NCBI RefSeq assembly: GCF_026210795.1
Contig: NC_089434.1
Span: forward strand, 1,860,001 to 1,924,000
Origin: Rhizophagus irregularis
Lineage: Eukaryota
Direction: 5' to 3'
Length of the DNA: 64,000 nt
Both the position numbers and the translations under genes were made by a program. Under the pieces are notes generated by a model. The model was not told the DNA's origin. It made no database searches and saw only the letters and a list, made by a program, of their open reading frames with translations. The number at the start of each line of letters is the position of its first letter. The stretch's first letter is position 1. Of the stretch, positions 51,371 to 64,000 are shown one piece after another.

Positions 51371-54300
51371 AATGCAACTTTATAAAAGTTTAAATAAAAT
51401 GTATTTATTATTTATTGGTAAAAAAAACAAATTGGAAAAATGTGAAAAGGAATTTTTCTTTAGCCCCACTTAATAATGTAACCAAAATTCTAATTTTGGT
51501 ATAGTCTGGATGTCACGTAGTAAGACAAGAAATTACACAATTTATAAACAAACAAAATAAACTATTTAGGATATGTTGTACAGTTAATCATTGATACACA
51601 AATATTTTTACATTTTAAAAATAGATAACTAAAAATAATGAATAATAAATTTTTAAACTAGGTAATTTTTCTTATTTTGATAGTTGTGCTACCCAGGTAA
51701 TAATTTATTTATAGAATGTGGTTATTACCTAGCTTTTTAAATATCAGTTAAAGTAATTAGTTCTATAGAAAATGAATGTGATTGATTGAATAAGAAAATT
51801 AAGAAAGTGATAAGGGAAATATTTTGATTATTGTGAATTGATAGAGATTTAAAAAATATTGTAAAGATATTTTGGTTACAATTATTACGTAATATTAAAA
51901 AATATATCCTATACGTTAAAAATTACAAGCATTTTAGGTAAATAGAAATTAGTGTTACGTACATAAAAGATAGAATGATAAATTATTGTATGGTAATTGT
52001 CTAATTGAGACGAGTGAAGAAATTTTAAGTGATAAGAAATTTGGTTAATACAAGTGTTAAATTGACTTGTGAAACAGTATCAAATTATGATGTAATCATA
52101 CGAAAGAAGAAAATAATCATACGACAAAAGTGGGTTATTTAGTAATAGGCGAAATAATAAATAGAGAATTTATTAAAAAGGTACAGAATTAAATCTATTA
52201 TTATAGTATCAACTACATATTATACATAACGTGAGTATTTAAATGGGCGGAACAAATAATGAAAAACATAGAATGTAGTGACGAGAGAGGAGTAGAAGAC
52301 AATAGAAGTATAATAGAGAGAATATCGAGATGGTATAAAGAATTAGAAAATATAGGTAAGAATAATATTTCGCTATGGTGTAATTTATGATAAAATTTTT
52401 ATTCGTTATATTCATTAATTGAAGGAAAAATAGTAGGAGTGTCATTAATTTGAATTTGTTAAAAATATTCAGCTTATTTGTAGATATCATATCTGATATA
52501 GTTAAATAAAAACATATCATTTTTGTTTTTCACTCTATCGGTTCTATAGTGATGGTAGCATCTGAGATGGCGTCAGTAGCAGCGCAGGTAACGTATTTTC
52601 TGATAAGATTTTTTTCTTTATATAATACTTGGTATATCAGCGCGCAGTTGCGGTTTAAACAGCAGTAGTAGAGGCTTAAGTAACGGAGGAAGAAGCAATA
52701 GAGATACTTATAGCAATTTTACTCATCTGATAAATATGTATTCATGTTAAAAATACTAGCAATATTTACAGCAGTATCAGAAGTGGCTATTCGTTTAATT
52801 CAATAAAATTATAATAATACTTCAGTAGATACAAGTAAAATCATGCTTAAATGTGAGAATGTCTTAAAAAAATTTGAGAATACCGCACACGATGTTTAAA
52901 TAAATCACGTGATAAAATACATTCATAAAAGTTTATAGGATTAATTAAATTTTAATTTTCCATTAATCATTTGGTTTAGAAATTATAATATTATATACAT
53001 AATCTGGGTTTACACTCTTAACCTGGACCCGGATAAGTTCAGGATTCTATCGTTTTCCCAAATTTGTATATCATTCATCTGCTGGAAATTTTCAGGTTAA
53101 TTGAAATAGATTTAAAAATCAATACTGTATAAATTTTTATAGTTTCAATAAAAGAATCATTTTTAAAAACTTGTTTTATATGTCAAAATTAAAATTTCGG
53201 TCTTAATTATTATACTTTGCTCTGATCTTGAACATTGTAAAAGTTTATTTTTAGTATCGATAAAAAATATTTTCAAATATAATGTTAACAAAAATAGTTT
53301 AGACTATCATCATAATCTGGCCATAATTTTTAAAGTGAAATGATTTAATAGAAATAAATTTTCTTTTTAAAGAAATTTTTTTTTTAAAAAAAAAATGATT
53401 TATAAACGATTTTTATAAATATTTAATCATTTTATAATGAAATTAACATTAAATATTGAGAATAATTAAATATTAACAATATTAGATTCAAAATTCTCAT
53501 TAAAAACTTAAATGGCAAACTTAATTATAATTTTGGCCATTTTTGTTTCTTGATTAATAATTTATAAAGGGAAAAGTTTTTAATCGTAATGTCAAAATCA
53601 ATTTATGACAATAATGATTGCAACTTTACGTTAATTTGTTTTACTTTGTAACTTCTTTAATGTTCTAGTAACTAGTGTTTAACACATGTATTTTGACGCT
53701 CTTAACAAGTAAATAATCTTAAATAACTAATTTATTAATTTATTTCTTTATGGGGGAGACGTAAATTAAATACGGCTTAACGTATCAAAATACAAATATT
53801 CTTTAACGAGTTCGAAAATTATCATTTATTATTTTTTTATGTATTAAAAAATAATTTCATTTTCCTTTATTGCGCTTACTACTCTTTTAATTAACAAGTA
53901 CTATTTATTTCCTTTGGCTTACACTTCTAATCTATTTAAACCATTATTAACTAAACTAATTGGTTCGAAATCCATATTATTATCATCACATTAGTTTAAT
54001 ATTTTTAATAGAAGATTAGTGGCATGGTAGTACGTAAAAACACACGTGCATGTGTACTAAGTCTATAATTATAAAGTATTTGATGTCAAAAAAAATTAAA
54101 AGTCTAAGACATTTCACATGTTTAGTCAAAAGCTTATGTCAAGTCTACGACAAAAAGTCATTTACGGAGTCACATGGAAATGTGACGTCACTGACGTGAC
54201 GCTAAAAAAAGTTGATAACTTGATAACTATGATAACTCTAAAGTTTACTCCTATTTCTTCACGCACAATTGATACCATGGTAGACTGTATCACACACTAT

Positions 54301-54699
54301 TTTTTGTAGCGGGTCACTACTATACCAAGTAAGCCGCTAATACCAATAGTCCACAATGTATAGTTGCCATATTTTATATTTTCTTAATTTATTATTCTAG
54401 CAAAATTTAATTACAAAAAAAAACGTTGATTATTATTTTTTGTTTATTTGTTGCAGCTGGTTAACCACTGGTTAACCTGTTATTAACAACTTTACCTGTC
54501 AGTACGAGTTAACCTTCCGCAAAAAATCTAGCGTATATTTGTTGAATATTCGCCAATAAAGAATATTTAAATGAGAAATTAATTACTCCTACTAATACTG
54601 CACTGTATTATAGTTATACAAGTTATCTATTTCTAAAAATTTTGACGCTTTTATTTTTGTTTTTTTTTCAAAATTATTAAAATTACATTAATTCTAGTA

Positions 54700-55800
54700 T
54701 TTTGAGCATATAGTACATTATATTCATAATAATTTGCAGTTCACAATTTTTGCATCAAATGATAAATCTCTCCACAATGATGAAAAAACTGAAATAAATA
54801 ATTCAGGAACAAAAAGAATTATGAAATTGTCTTAGTTATGGTACATTATATTGAGCATTGTGTTCAAAATTATTTAAAGGTAAAGTTTTCAAATTGGACA
54901 TTTAAAAATGATGATATTATTAATTCAATTCAGAAATGTTAAATTAGAGCATTTGTAACATACAAATAAGAGTGGTTCCAACATACAGTAGTAATTTACA
55001 AGATACTAAATATGGATTCACGAAAATTTATAAATTTATATGGCAGTTTGAAATGACAAAGCTATAAAGCGGCAATTAATAAAGCATGAAGTCCATAATA
55101 AAGTAGTACGAAAATGTCGAAGATGCATATCTACAAATTGATTTGAAGATATTTGTAAACTAAATAATTATATATAAAAGAAATCAGTATCTAATGATTA
55201 AACAGTTTTTATTTAATGAATTTAGGTTTAGTCACATTTAACTAAAGGCAATAAATTAGAAGTTGTTGCTGATGTTTTGGCTTAATATAGATCCATTAAA
55301 TGGAAATTGTGTCGATAATTAGAAAATCAATATAGAATTAAGAAGTTATTTACGACTCACATGGAAATAAAGAATTAGTATTGCTTATGTAATAATTAAT
55401 GTACACTTTTTTATAACACCTTTAAAAAGTAATTCGTAGAGATATGTTATTTTATATTCGCGATTTAGTGATAATTGACTATATTAGTAATCTTTGATTT
55501 TATTGATCTTGTTTGTAAACCATCAAATAAGTATATATTGAAATACTTATTACAGTAAAGTTATTACTATTACTTTTGCATCTGATATTTTATAGTATTG
55601 AAATACTTATGTCAGTTATGAGAAAAATTTCATCTGAAATTTACCATTTGTTTATAATTACTATTATATTATGATCTTGCAATGGATATTATCGATAAGA
55701 AACTAAAAATTTATCATGAATATGATGGAATAATACCAATCCATTAAAATGATTAAAATGGCCTAATATCACTTAGAAAGAAATTAAATAAAATTTATAT
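54700..55800 (+). pseudogene. Heavily degraded kinase of the same family in the opposite orientation
   Basis: Remnants NSGTKRI, EHCVQNYLKVKFSNWTFKNDDIINSIQKC, FASDI/YSI..L and YYDLAMDII. Confidence 0.75.
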
Positions 55801-56574
55801 ATCAAATTAAAAGTGGATTATAAATAATAATGATAAGAAAATATATTTAAAATAATGTTTTATATTAAATTATCTTTTACAATTTATTTAATTGCTCTTT
55901 ATTTCGCACCATCTCGAAGAACCAGGTATTCCAAAGAAATGCATTATTTGTTACAAGAAAGTATTTATTTAGTAACGATGATTACGCAAATTATCGTTTA
56001 TAGTGTAGTAGAAATTCTATTACAATACAGTGAGAGTAGGCATTATAATAGTATTTCATACTAAATCATATGATCTTAAGTATTACTAACAATAATAAAT
56101 ATTTTTTTTACGTACCAAATTATTCTATAATAAGATAGTAAACTGAGTAATTGACTTTTTATTATTTTGATAAACTAGTACTAAGTAATCTTTATATCAA
56201 ATGAACGTCAATAAAAAAAATTGTTAACTGTAATGAAAAGAAATAATTCCAATAACAATAAAAAAAAGAAACGCCATAACAGATATGGTATTACGTAGAT
56301 TATTGTCTAACATTTATGAGATAAATTAGAAACTGAATATTTTAGGTATTAAAAATATTTAAAATCATGTTCATAAATATATTATTCAAATTCTTTTTAT
56401 TTGTATAATTTATACTAATAATAATTTAGTTTATTATATCATATATGTAAAAAGAATTATTTAAATTACAAACTAAAATCTTGTAAATAGTTTACTACTC
56501 TAATTTTTAGTGTTTAAATAATTCAAAATAAAGTATAAACGAATGATAAAAATAAATATAATTGTATTCTTAAT

Positions 56575-58897
56575 TTAGTTTTCAGGTGATATTTCTAAAA
56601 ATAAAAAAAAAACAGATCAGAATATCAAATCAGTAAAAAAAAAACTATTTTTAAAATATTTAATAACCAACCATCAGGAATTTCTAATTCATCTTGTTCT
56701 TCTGAATGGAGATTTGGATTATTATATGCTTCTTCATCTATAAAAAGTAAAATGAATATTTAATTTAACATTATTATATTATAAGGGATAAATTTATAAA
56801 AAATTTCTTTAATACATTTTAAAATAAATTTAGAAAAAAAAAATAATGACACATACCATTAATTGATCCTTGTTGAATAGTTTCCTTTTTATTATCATTT
56901 TGAATGTCTATATTTTTAAATTAAATAAATAAAGCTCAATTTAATATATACTGTACTGCTTTAGTATGACGAATAATTAGAATTATTATATTTACCATTC
57001 TTTGAATTTATTTGCAATTTCTTAAATATTTTAGATAACCTTTTACTACTAGCTAAATAAGACAAATTTGTATTATTAATTACTATCATCTTAAAGATAA
57101 TTAAAATATATAGATAAATTACTTTTAAAAATATTATTGATTTTTGATGTCTTTTGATTACTTGAATTGTTAAAATCATCAACTAAAAATAGAAATTTAA
57201 TTAATAAATAATCAATTAAATGAAATTTATAATGAACACTTACCATTATCAGGAATACTAAAGTCATATGTTTTACTGTGAAATCCTATTTTTTTTAAAA
57301 AAAAATAAATGAGAAAATGATTTAAACAATTAATAAAACAGTAATAGAAAATCCAGTTAACCTTCTTGTTCTCCTATGATTATTATTTAAATTAAAAAAA
57401 AGAATTAACAATATATTCTAATAAATATAAACAAAAATATAAATAAATAATACCTTCTGTTGCATTCTTTGGTTCAGGTAGATTGTCAAATTGATGAATT
57501 TTACTTGTAAACAATCTGCTGCTATTTGTATAATTTGAATTGGTTTTTGTTTCAGAATTATTTTTTGCTTTTGATTGAAATAATTCATTTGGCTTATTTT
57601 GATATGATAAATGAATTTCTCTTATTTTCTCATAAAGTTTATCAATATCAGGCCTTTTTGATGGATCAGCATCCCAACATTGTTCCATTAAATTTCTATA
57701 CTCTAAAGGAATTTCTGACACAATTTCTGGTCTCATACCATTAATTATATCCATTGCAAGATCATAATCATCATGTTTATAATTAATAAATGGTAGTTGA
57801 CCAGATGAAATTTCCCACATAAGTATTGCAATACTATAAATATCAGATGCAAAAGTATATCCTTTTCCACTAATAACTTCTGGTGCTATATAGGGAAGAT
57901 TTCCATATATACTTTTTGATGATTTATCAGCAGGTCCACAAAATCCAAGATCACTAATAGTCCAACCATCATTAAATTGTGAAAATAATATATTTCCAGA
58001 ATGCAAATCTCTATGAATTGCATTCTCATTATGAATCCAATAAAGTGCTTCAATTATTTCATAAGCAATTATAATTTTTTCTTTCCATGTAAGTTGATTA
58101 TAATTTTGTTGTAAATATTTTCTTAAATCCATATCCATTTTCATTATTACAAGCATATAATTCCCATCTGATATATCTTGTGTTAAACCATAACATGAGG
58201 CAATATTCGGCCATTTGGAAGTTATAGTTAAATGTGATTTAGCCTATAAAAATTTGTTATTAATAAAAAAGATTATTTAATATATAGATAAATTTAAAAT
58301 ACAAACCTCTTCAAACCAACTTTGATTTGCACTTTCAACATTTTCTAATTTTTTAAGTACTATTTCTACGGTTCCAAATCTTCTTAATTGTTGTTTTTCA
58401 GAATCCCATTCTCTATAATGTCCATTAATCCAATCTGCAGTATAAATTTCAGAGAATCCGCCTTTTGTTAGATATTTAATATTTTTGAAGTTATTATATG
58501 GAATCCATTCAATTACATAGCCTGGCCCAAGACATTCCATTTGACATTTTTGTATTAAATTATCAATATCATCATTCCCAGATGTCCAATTTGAAAAATT
58601 TTCTTTTAAATAATTTCGAACACAATATTCACAATATAATGTTGCTAAACATTCTTGCTTACAAGTTTCACAAATTCTTTTTGTTCCTGAATTTAAAAGA
58701 ATTTTATTTCGATCATTAGTCTCAGTTATAATTTTAATTGCTACAGCCTTTTCATTATCTGTAAGAAGTTTATCAGTAAGAATGAACTGTATTTTAAATT
58801 CATGTTGCTTGCGCATATCAGTATAAATATTATAATCAATTAACGAAACTGCTCTATTAGCTGTTGCATAAACTAATTCATAACGAATGGTAGACAT
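56575..58897 (-). CDS. TKL-type protein kinase, tandem copy 2
   Basis: Same exon structure and motifs as copy 1 (ORFs 58277-58897 and 57392-58156); last exon EISPEN*. Confidence 0.88.
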
Positions 58898-60964
58898 AAT
58901 GCAACTTACAAAAGTTTAAATAAAAAAAAATTTTATTTATTTATTGGTAAAAAACAAAATTGAAAAAATATGAAAGGGGATTTTTCTTTAGCCCACTTAA
59001 TAATGTAACCAAAATTCTAATTTTGGTATAGTCTGGATGTCACGTAGTAAGACAAGAAATTACACAATTTATAAACAAACAAAATAAACTATTTTTGGAT
59101 ATGTTGTACAGTTAATCATCGCTACACAAATATTTTTACATTCTAAAAACAGATAACTAAAAATAATGAATAATAAATTTCTAAACTAGGTAATTTTTTT
59201 TTTATATGATAATTGTGCTACTTAGATAACAGTTTATTATAGAATGTAGTTATTATTAACCAGCTAAAATAATTAGTTCTATTGAAAATAAATGTGATTG
59301 ATTGAATAAGAAAATTAAGAAAGTGATAAAGAAATATTTTTGATTAGTGTGATTCACGGCGAACACGATAGAGATTTAAAAAAAAAATTGGGAAAGTATT
59401 TTGATTACGATTATTAGTATGTTATATTAAAAAAAAATATGCCTTATACGTTAAATCATAATGGCACTAATTAAAAAAGTTTAAAAAAGTAAAAAAAAAA
59501 ATTGGAAAAATGGGAAAAGGAATTTTTTTCAAGACGTGCTTAAGATTTCAATTAATAATGTAACCATAAATTCTAATTTTACTAGCATAATCTGAATATC
59601 ATGAAGTAAGATATTAAATTATATAAGTAAACAAAATAAACTATTTTTGAGCATGTTATATTAATCATTGCTACACAAACATGATTTTTACATTTAAAAT
59701 GAATAATTAAAAAATATAAATGATTATAAAAGTTTTAAATGTGATTTTTTTTTATTTGATAGTTGTACTCTTTAGATTAGTCAGTTTATTTATGGAATGT
59801 AGTTAAAATCCGGGAAATTAGCTAAAACAATTAGTACTATTGAAAAATGAATGTGTATAATTGAATAAGAAAATTAAGAAATTGGTAATTGATTATTATT
59901 GGTATTTATACCAGCAAAACATTATAATACATGAAATAGATTTAGAAAAAGTGTAAAGACATTTGTTTTACAATTAGTACTTAGCTTAGGGAATTTTAGG
60001 TATGTACATGAAGATAAACTTATGGTTTAATTGAAATGAATAAAGAGATTTTAAGTAATAAAAAAATTTGGTTAATACAAGTGCTAAATTAACTTGACGG
60101 AAATAGAATCGAATTGTGTAGTCAAAAAGAGGAAAAAATAATCATATGACAAAAGTGGCCATTCAGCAATAGACGAAATAATAAACAGAAAAAATTAAGG
60201 AAGTTTTTTAAAAAAATCACACAATAAGCAGATCGACTAGAAGTAAAATTCATAAATTTGAGAAGGTATAATTATAATATTATCATTCGTGATATAAAAA
60301 CCTTTTACATTATTGACTATTTACAAGGACTCTTTATTATAATAGTATCTCATAGTAAATCATATAACTTTAGTATTTCTAACATTTTTTATGAATATAT
60401 TTGTATTAAATTAGGCGTAACCTGTCGCGTGAGAGTAATAATAACACACTTATATTTATTTGTCATGCAGTGTGAATAGGTCTACTAGTTTTTTACTCTT
60501 ATTACTATGATGGCATTAGTAGGAAATAAATGTAATAAATTACACAATTTATATGCACATATGATTATGCAAATAAAAATGAATTGTGTACAAGTGTTAT
60601 ACAGTACATGAAATATTATTATTAAACGCAAAATTTATTTATCACACGAAACAAATGTTTGCAGTACTGTGAAATTTACAAATTCATTACAAAAACAATT
60701 TGTATAAGTAGTTTATTGTTACATTGTTACAAAAAATCTTTTTTTTTATCTTAAAAAACTCAATTCAGTTGTAGCATTAAAAAAATTACATCCTCTAGAA
60801 AAAAAAATATCTCACTAATTAATATGAAAAAAAAAATTCCCAGAAAAATTAATTATAACGATTTATTGTCACAAAAAATAAATAAATAAGTAATTATGTT
60901 AGTCTATTGATACAAAAAAATATTATTATTAATAATAAGAATCAGAATTCAGAATATCATATTC

Positions 60965-61320
60965 GTGAAAAAAAATTCGGTTTGAAAGAAAAAAAGCCAA
61001 ACTGAAAAAGGAAAAGGGAAAAATTTTCGGATTGAAAAAAAAGCCAACCGAAAAAAACAAAAAAATAAATAAATAAAAATTTGAAAAAATAAAAACGAAA
61101 AAAAAAATTGTGGTGAGAAACAAAGAGAAAAATCGGATTGAAAAAAGAAACTGAAAAGGAAAAAGAAAAAATAATAAAAAAAATTCGAAAGAAAAAGAAA
61201 AAAAATTTGAGGAAAACGAAAAGGGATAAAGAAAAAATCGGGTTAAAAAAAAAATAAGTACCGAAAAAAAACAATAATTCGGTCTAAAAAGAATAGAAAA
61301 AAAAATTCAAAAAAAAAATT
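60965..61320. repeat. A-rich low-complexity tract with recurring AAAA(T)TCGG motifs
   Basis: Composition read directly. Confidence 0.75.
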
Positions 61321-61760
61321 AATAATATGGTCTAAAACGAAAGATTAAAATTTCATTAACCAGAATTGGATTAGATGTACAACATGACTTGCCGATTAAG
61401 CGGGTCTTAACTATAAAGAATACAGATCAGCAATTTATACAGGCTAATCTAAACGTTAGTCACACAAACACATTTTTTTTCATGTGACATCTATCATAAG
61501 TTGCGCTGATCCTATTATCTTATAATTATCACATTGATTTATTACGAAAAATTTTAAAATGACTACATCTGAAATTTTATCTCAAATCAAATTATCTATC
61601 AACTACTGGCAATAAATGACTTAATTATGCGAGTATCTTGCTTTATTATACTAAAATCCATATAACAATAAATATTTATTTTTTATATACAGCTCCACTT
61701 CACATTGTAGGTACTAAATAATTCAGTATGGTGAAGCTATTTCACATCCTCAGTCATGTT

Positions 61761-61883
61761 CCCTGTAAAAAATCTGATCCGTGTGTTATCTTTCCATGTT
61801 TTTCCGTGAATGTATCATTTTCACGGAATTTTTACGGACGACACGGAGAAATAATGGAAATATTCGGATAATTTTTTTTAGGG
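61761..61883. mobile_element. Small TIR element (CCCTGTAAAAAA...TTTTTTTAGGG), related to the element at ~29940
   Basis: CCCTGTAAAAAATCTGATCCG here versus CCCTGTAAAAAAGTCGATCCG at 29941; imperfect inverted right end. Confidence 0.5.
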
Positions 61884-62040
61884 ATTCTAATTTAGCTGAA
61901 GAAATGAATTTTCCAAATTTCAAAATAGCTATTCATAAATATTATGTGGTATACTAGGCGAGAGCAGTTAACTAGTGAAGTGATAAATAATTTTTTTCAA
62001 TATTAAACTGAGTAATTGATTTTATTACTTTGATAAACTA

Positions 62041-62225
62041 CAGTCAGAACTCGATATACCGATATTCGATATACTGATACATTATTAAAAACTTGAATAT
62101 ACCGATAAAATTTTACATTCCCACTATATGTGAGGACATATAAATATCGGTATAATTTGATATAACGATATTTTTTAAATTTTTTCTTATGAGTCCCGAC
62201 ATATCGATATATAAAGGTTTGACTG
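62041..62225. mobile_element. pogo/Tc1-type MITE with TA TSD, confirmed by a paralogous empty site
   Basis: TA|CAGTCAGAACTCGATATACCGATA...TATCGATATATAAAGGTTTGACTG|TA; the paralogous flank at ~56168-56180 (GATAAACTAGTA) lacks it. Confidence 0.9.
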
Positions 62226-62567
62226 TAGTAGGTAATTTTTATCTCAAATGAGCGTCAATAAAAAAAATGTTAATTGTAATGAAAAGAGATAATTAACAAT
62301 AAATGAAAAACAGAAACACCATATCAGATATGGGACACATAGAATATTGTCCAGCATTTATGAGATGAATTAGAAACTGAATATTTTAGGCATTTTTTTT
62401 TTTGTATAATTTATTCGTATAATAATTTAGTTTATTATATGTATAAAAAGAATTATTTAAATTACAAACTAAAACCTTGTAAAAATATTTTACTACTCTA
62501 ATTTTTAGTGTTTAAATAATTCAAAATAAAGTATAAATGAATGATAAAAATAAATTTATTTGTATTC

Positions 62568-64000
62568 TTAATTTAGTTTATCAGATGGTATTTCTAAAAA
62601 TAAGAAAAAAATAACAGATCAGAATACAAATTTATAGTAAAAAAAAAAATTATTTTTTAAAATATTTAAGAACCAACCATCAGGAATTTCTAATTCATCT
62701 TGTTCTTCTGAATGGAGATTTGGACTATCATATACTTCTTCATCTATAAAAAGAAAAATGAATTTTTTAGTTTAACATTATATAAGAGATAAAATTTTTA
62801 ATATATTTAACTAAATATTGAAAAAAAAATTTTATCTTAATGTTGTTCCTTACCATTAATTGGTCCTTTTATTTGTTGTTGTATAGTTTCCTTTTTATTA
62901 TCATTTTGAATGTCTATATTTTTAAATAAAATAAATAAAGCTCAATTTAATATATACTGTACTGCTTTAGTATGACGAATAATTATAATTATTATACTTA
63001 CCATTCTTTGAATTTATTTGTAATTTCTTAAATACTTTAGATAACCTTTTACTACTAGCTAAATAAGACAAATTTATTAAATATTATTAACTCAAAAATA
63101 ATTAAATATATATAGATAAATTACCTTTAAAATAATTATTGATTTTTGACGTCTTTTGATTACTTGAATTGTTAAAATCATCAACTAAAAATGGAAATCT
63201 AATTAATAAATAGTCCAATTAAAATGAAATTTATAATGAACACTTACTATTATCAGGAATATTAAAGTCATATGTTTTACTGTGAAATCCTATTTTTTAA
63301 AAAAAAAAAATAAATGAGAAAATGATTTAAACATTTATTTTAATAATTAATAAAATACTAATAGTAAAAAAATTAACCTTCTTGTTCTCCTATAATTATT
63401 TAAATTAAAAAAAAAGAATTAACAATATATCCTAATGAATAATAAACAAAAATATAAATAAATAATACCTTCTGTTGCATTCTTTGGTTCAGGTAGATTG
63501 TCAAATTGATGAATTTTACTTGTAAACACTCTGCTACTACTTGTATAATTTGAATTGGTTTTTGTTTCAGAATTATTTTTTGCTTTTAATTGAAACAATT
63601 CATTTGGCTTATTTTGATATAATAAATGAATTTCTCTTATTTTCTCAATAAGTATATCAATATCAGGCCTTTTTGATGGATCAGCATCCCAACATTGTTC
63701 CATTAAATTTTTATACTCTAAAGGAATTTCTGACACAATTTCTGGTCTCATACCATTAATTATATCCATTGCAAGATCATAATCATCATGTTTATAATTA
63801 ATAAATGGTGTATATCCAGATGAAATTTCCCACATAAGTATTGCAATACTATAAATATCAGATGCGAAAGTATATCCTTTTCCATTAATAACTTCTGGTG
63901 CTATATAGGGAAGATTTCCATATATACTTTTTGATGATTTATCAGCAGGTCCACAAAATCCAAGATCACTAATATACCAACCATCATTAAATTGTGAAAA
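62568..64000 (-). CDS. TKL-type protein kinase, tandem copy 3 (5' part beyond the window)
   Basis: GWYISDLGF..GNLPYIAPE..WEISSG; same 3' exons ending EIPSDKLN*. Confidence 0.85.

Noticed and set aside
60929..61274. Phe-rich minus-strand ORFs
   Set aside because: Artefacts of an A-rich low-complexity tract.
1..64000. tRNA, rRNA, CRISPR arrays, prokaryotic operons or intact transposases
   Set aside because: None recognised by eye; tRNAscan-SE, Infernal and a TE protein search would be needed to exclude them firmly.

Overview
AT-rich, intron-containing eukaryotic DNA. The gene repertoire (kinase-Sel1 fusions, tandem TKL-type kinases, F-box/LRR, BTB and Crinkler-like relics) points to an arbuscular mycorrhizal fungus (Glomeromycota, Rhizophagus-like); this taxon call is an inference. 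Bases 1-1549 look like one end of a Maverick/Polinton-like virus-like element: an AGTAGT terminus, a subterminal tandem array, and two intronless frameshifted genes that each follow an identical 24-bp motif. Conserved genes are a TPX2-family gene, an SCY1/SCYL2-like pseudokinase and TRM44. Expanded families include two tandem non-RD kinase + Sel1 genes with very different repeat counts, three tandem kinase paralogs with a hypervariable block and mosaic ancestry, an intronless F-box/LRR gene and an RRM gene. There are pseudogenes of BTB/POZ, subtilisin S8, Crinkler-like and kinase genes, and many MITEs, several with readable TIRs and TSDs and some nested. An unexplained ~100-nt tandem dimer at 23.2-23.4 kb shows compensatory base changes suggesting a conserved structure. 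All calls were read by eye with no searches run; splice sites and pseudogene limits are approximate.
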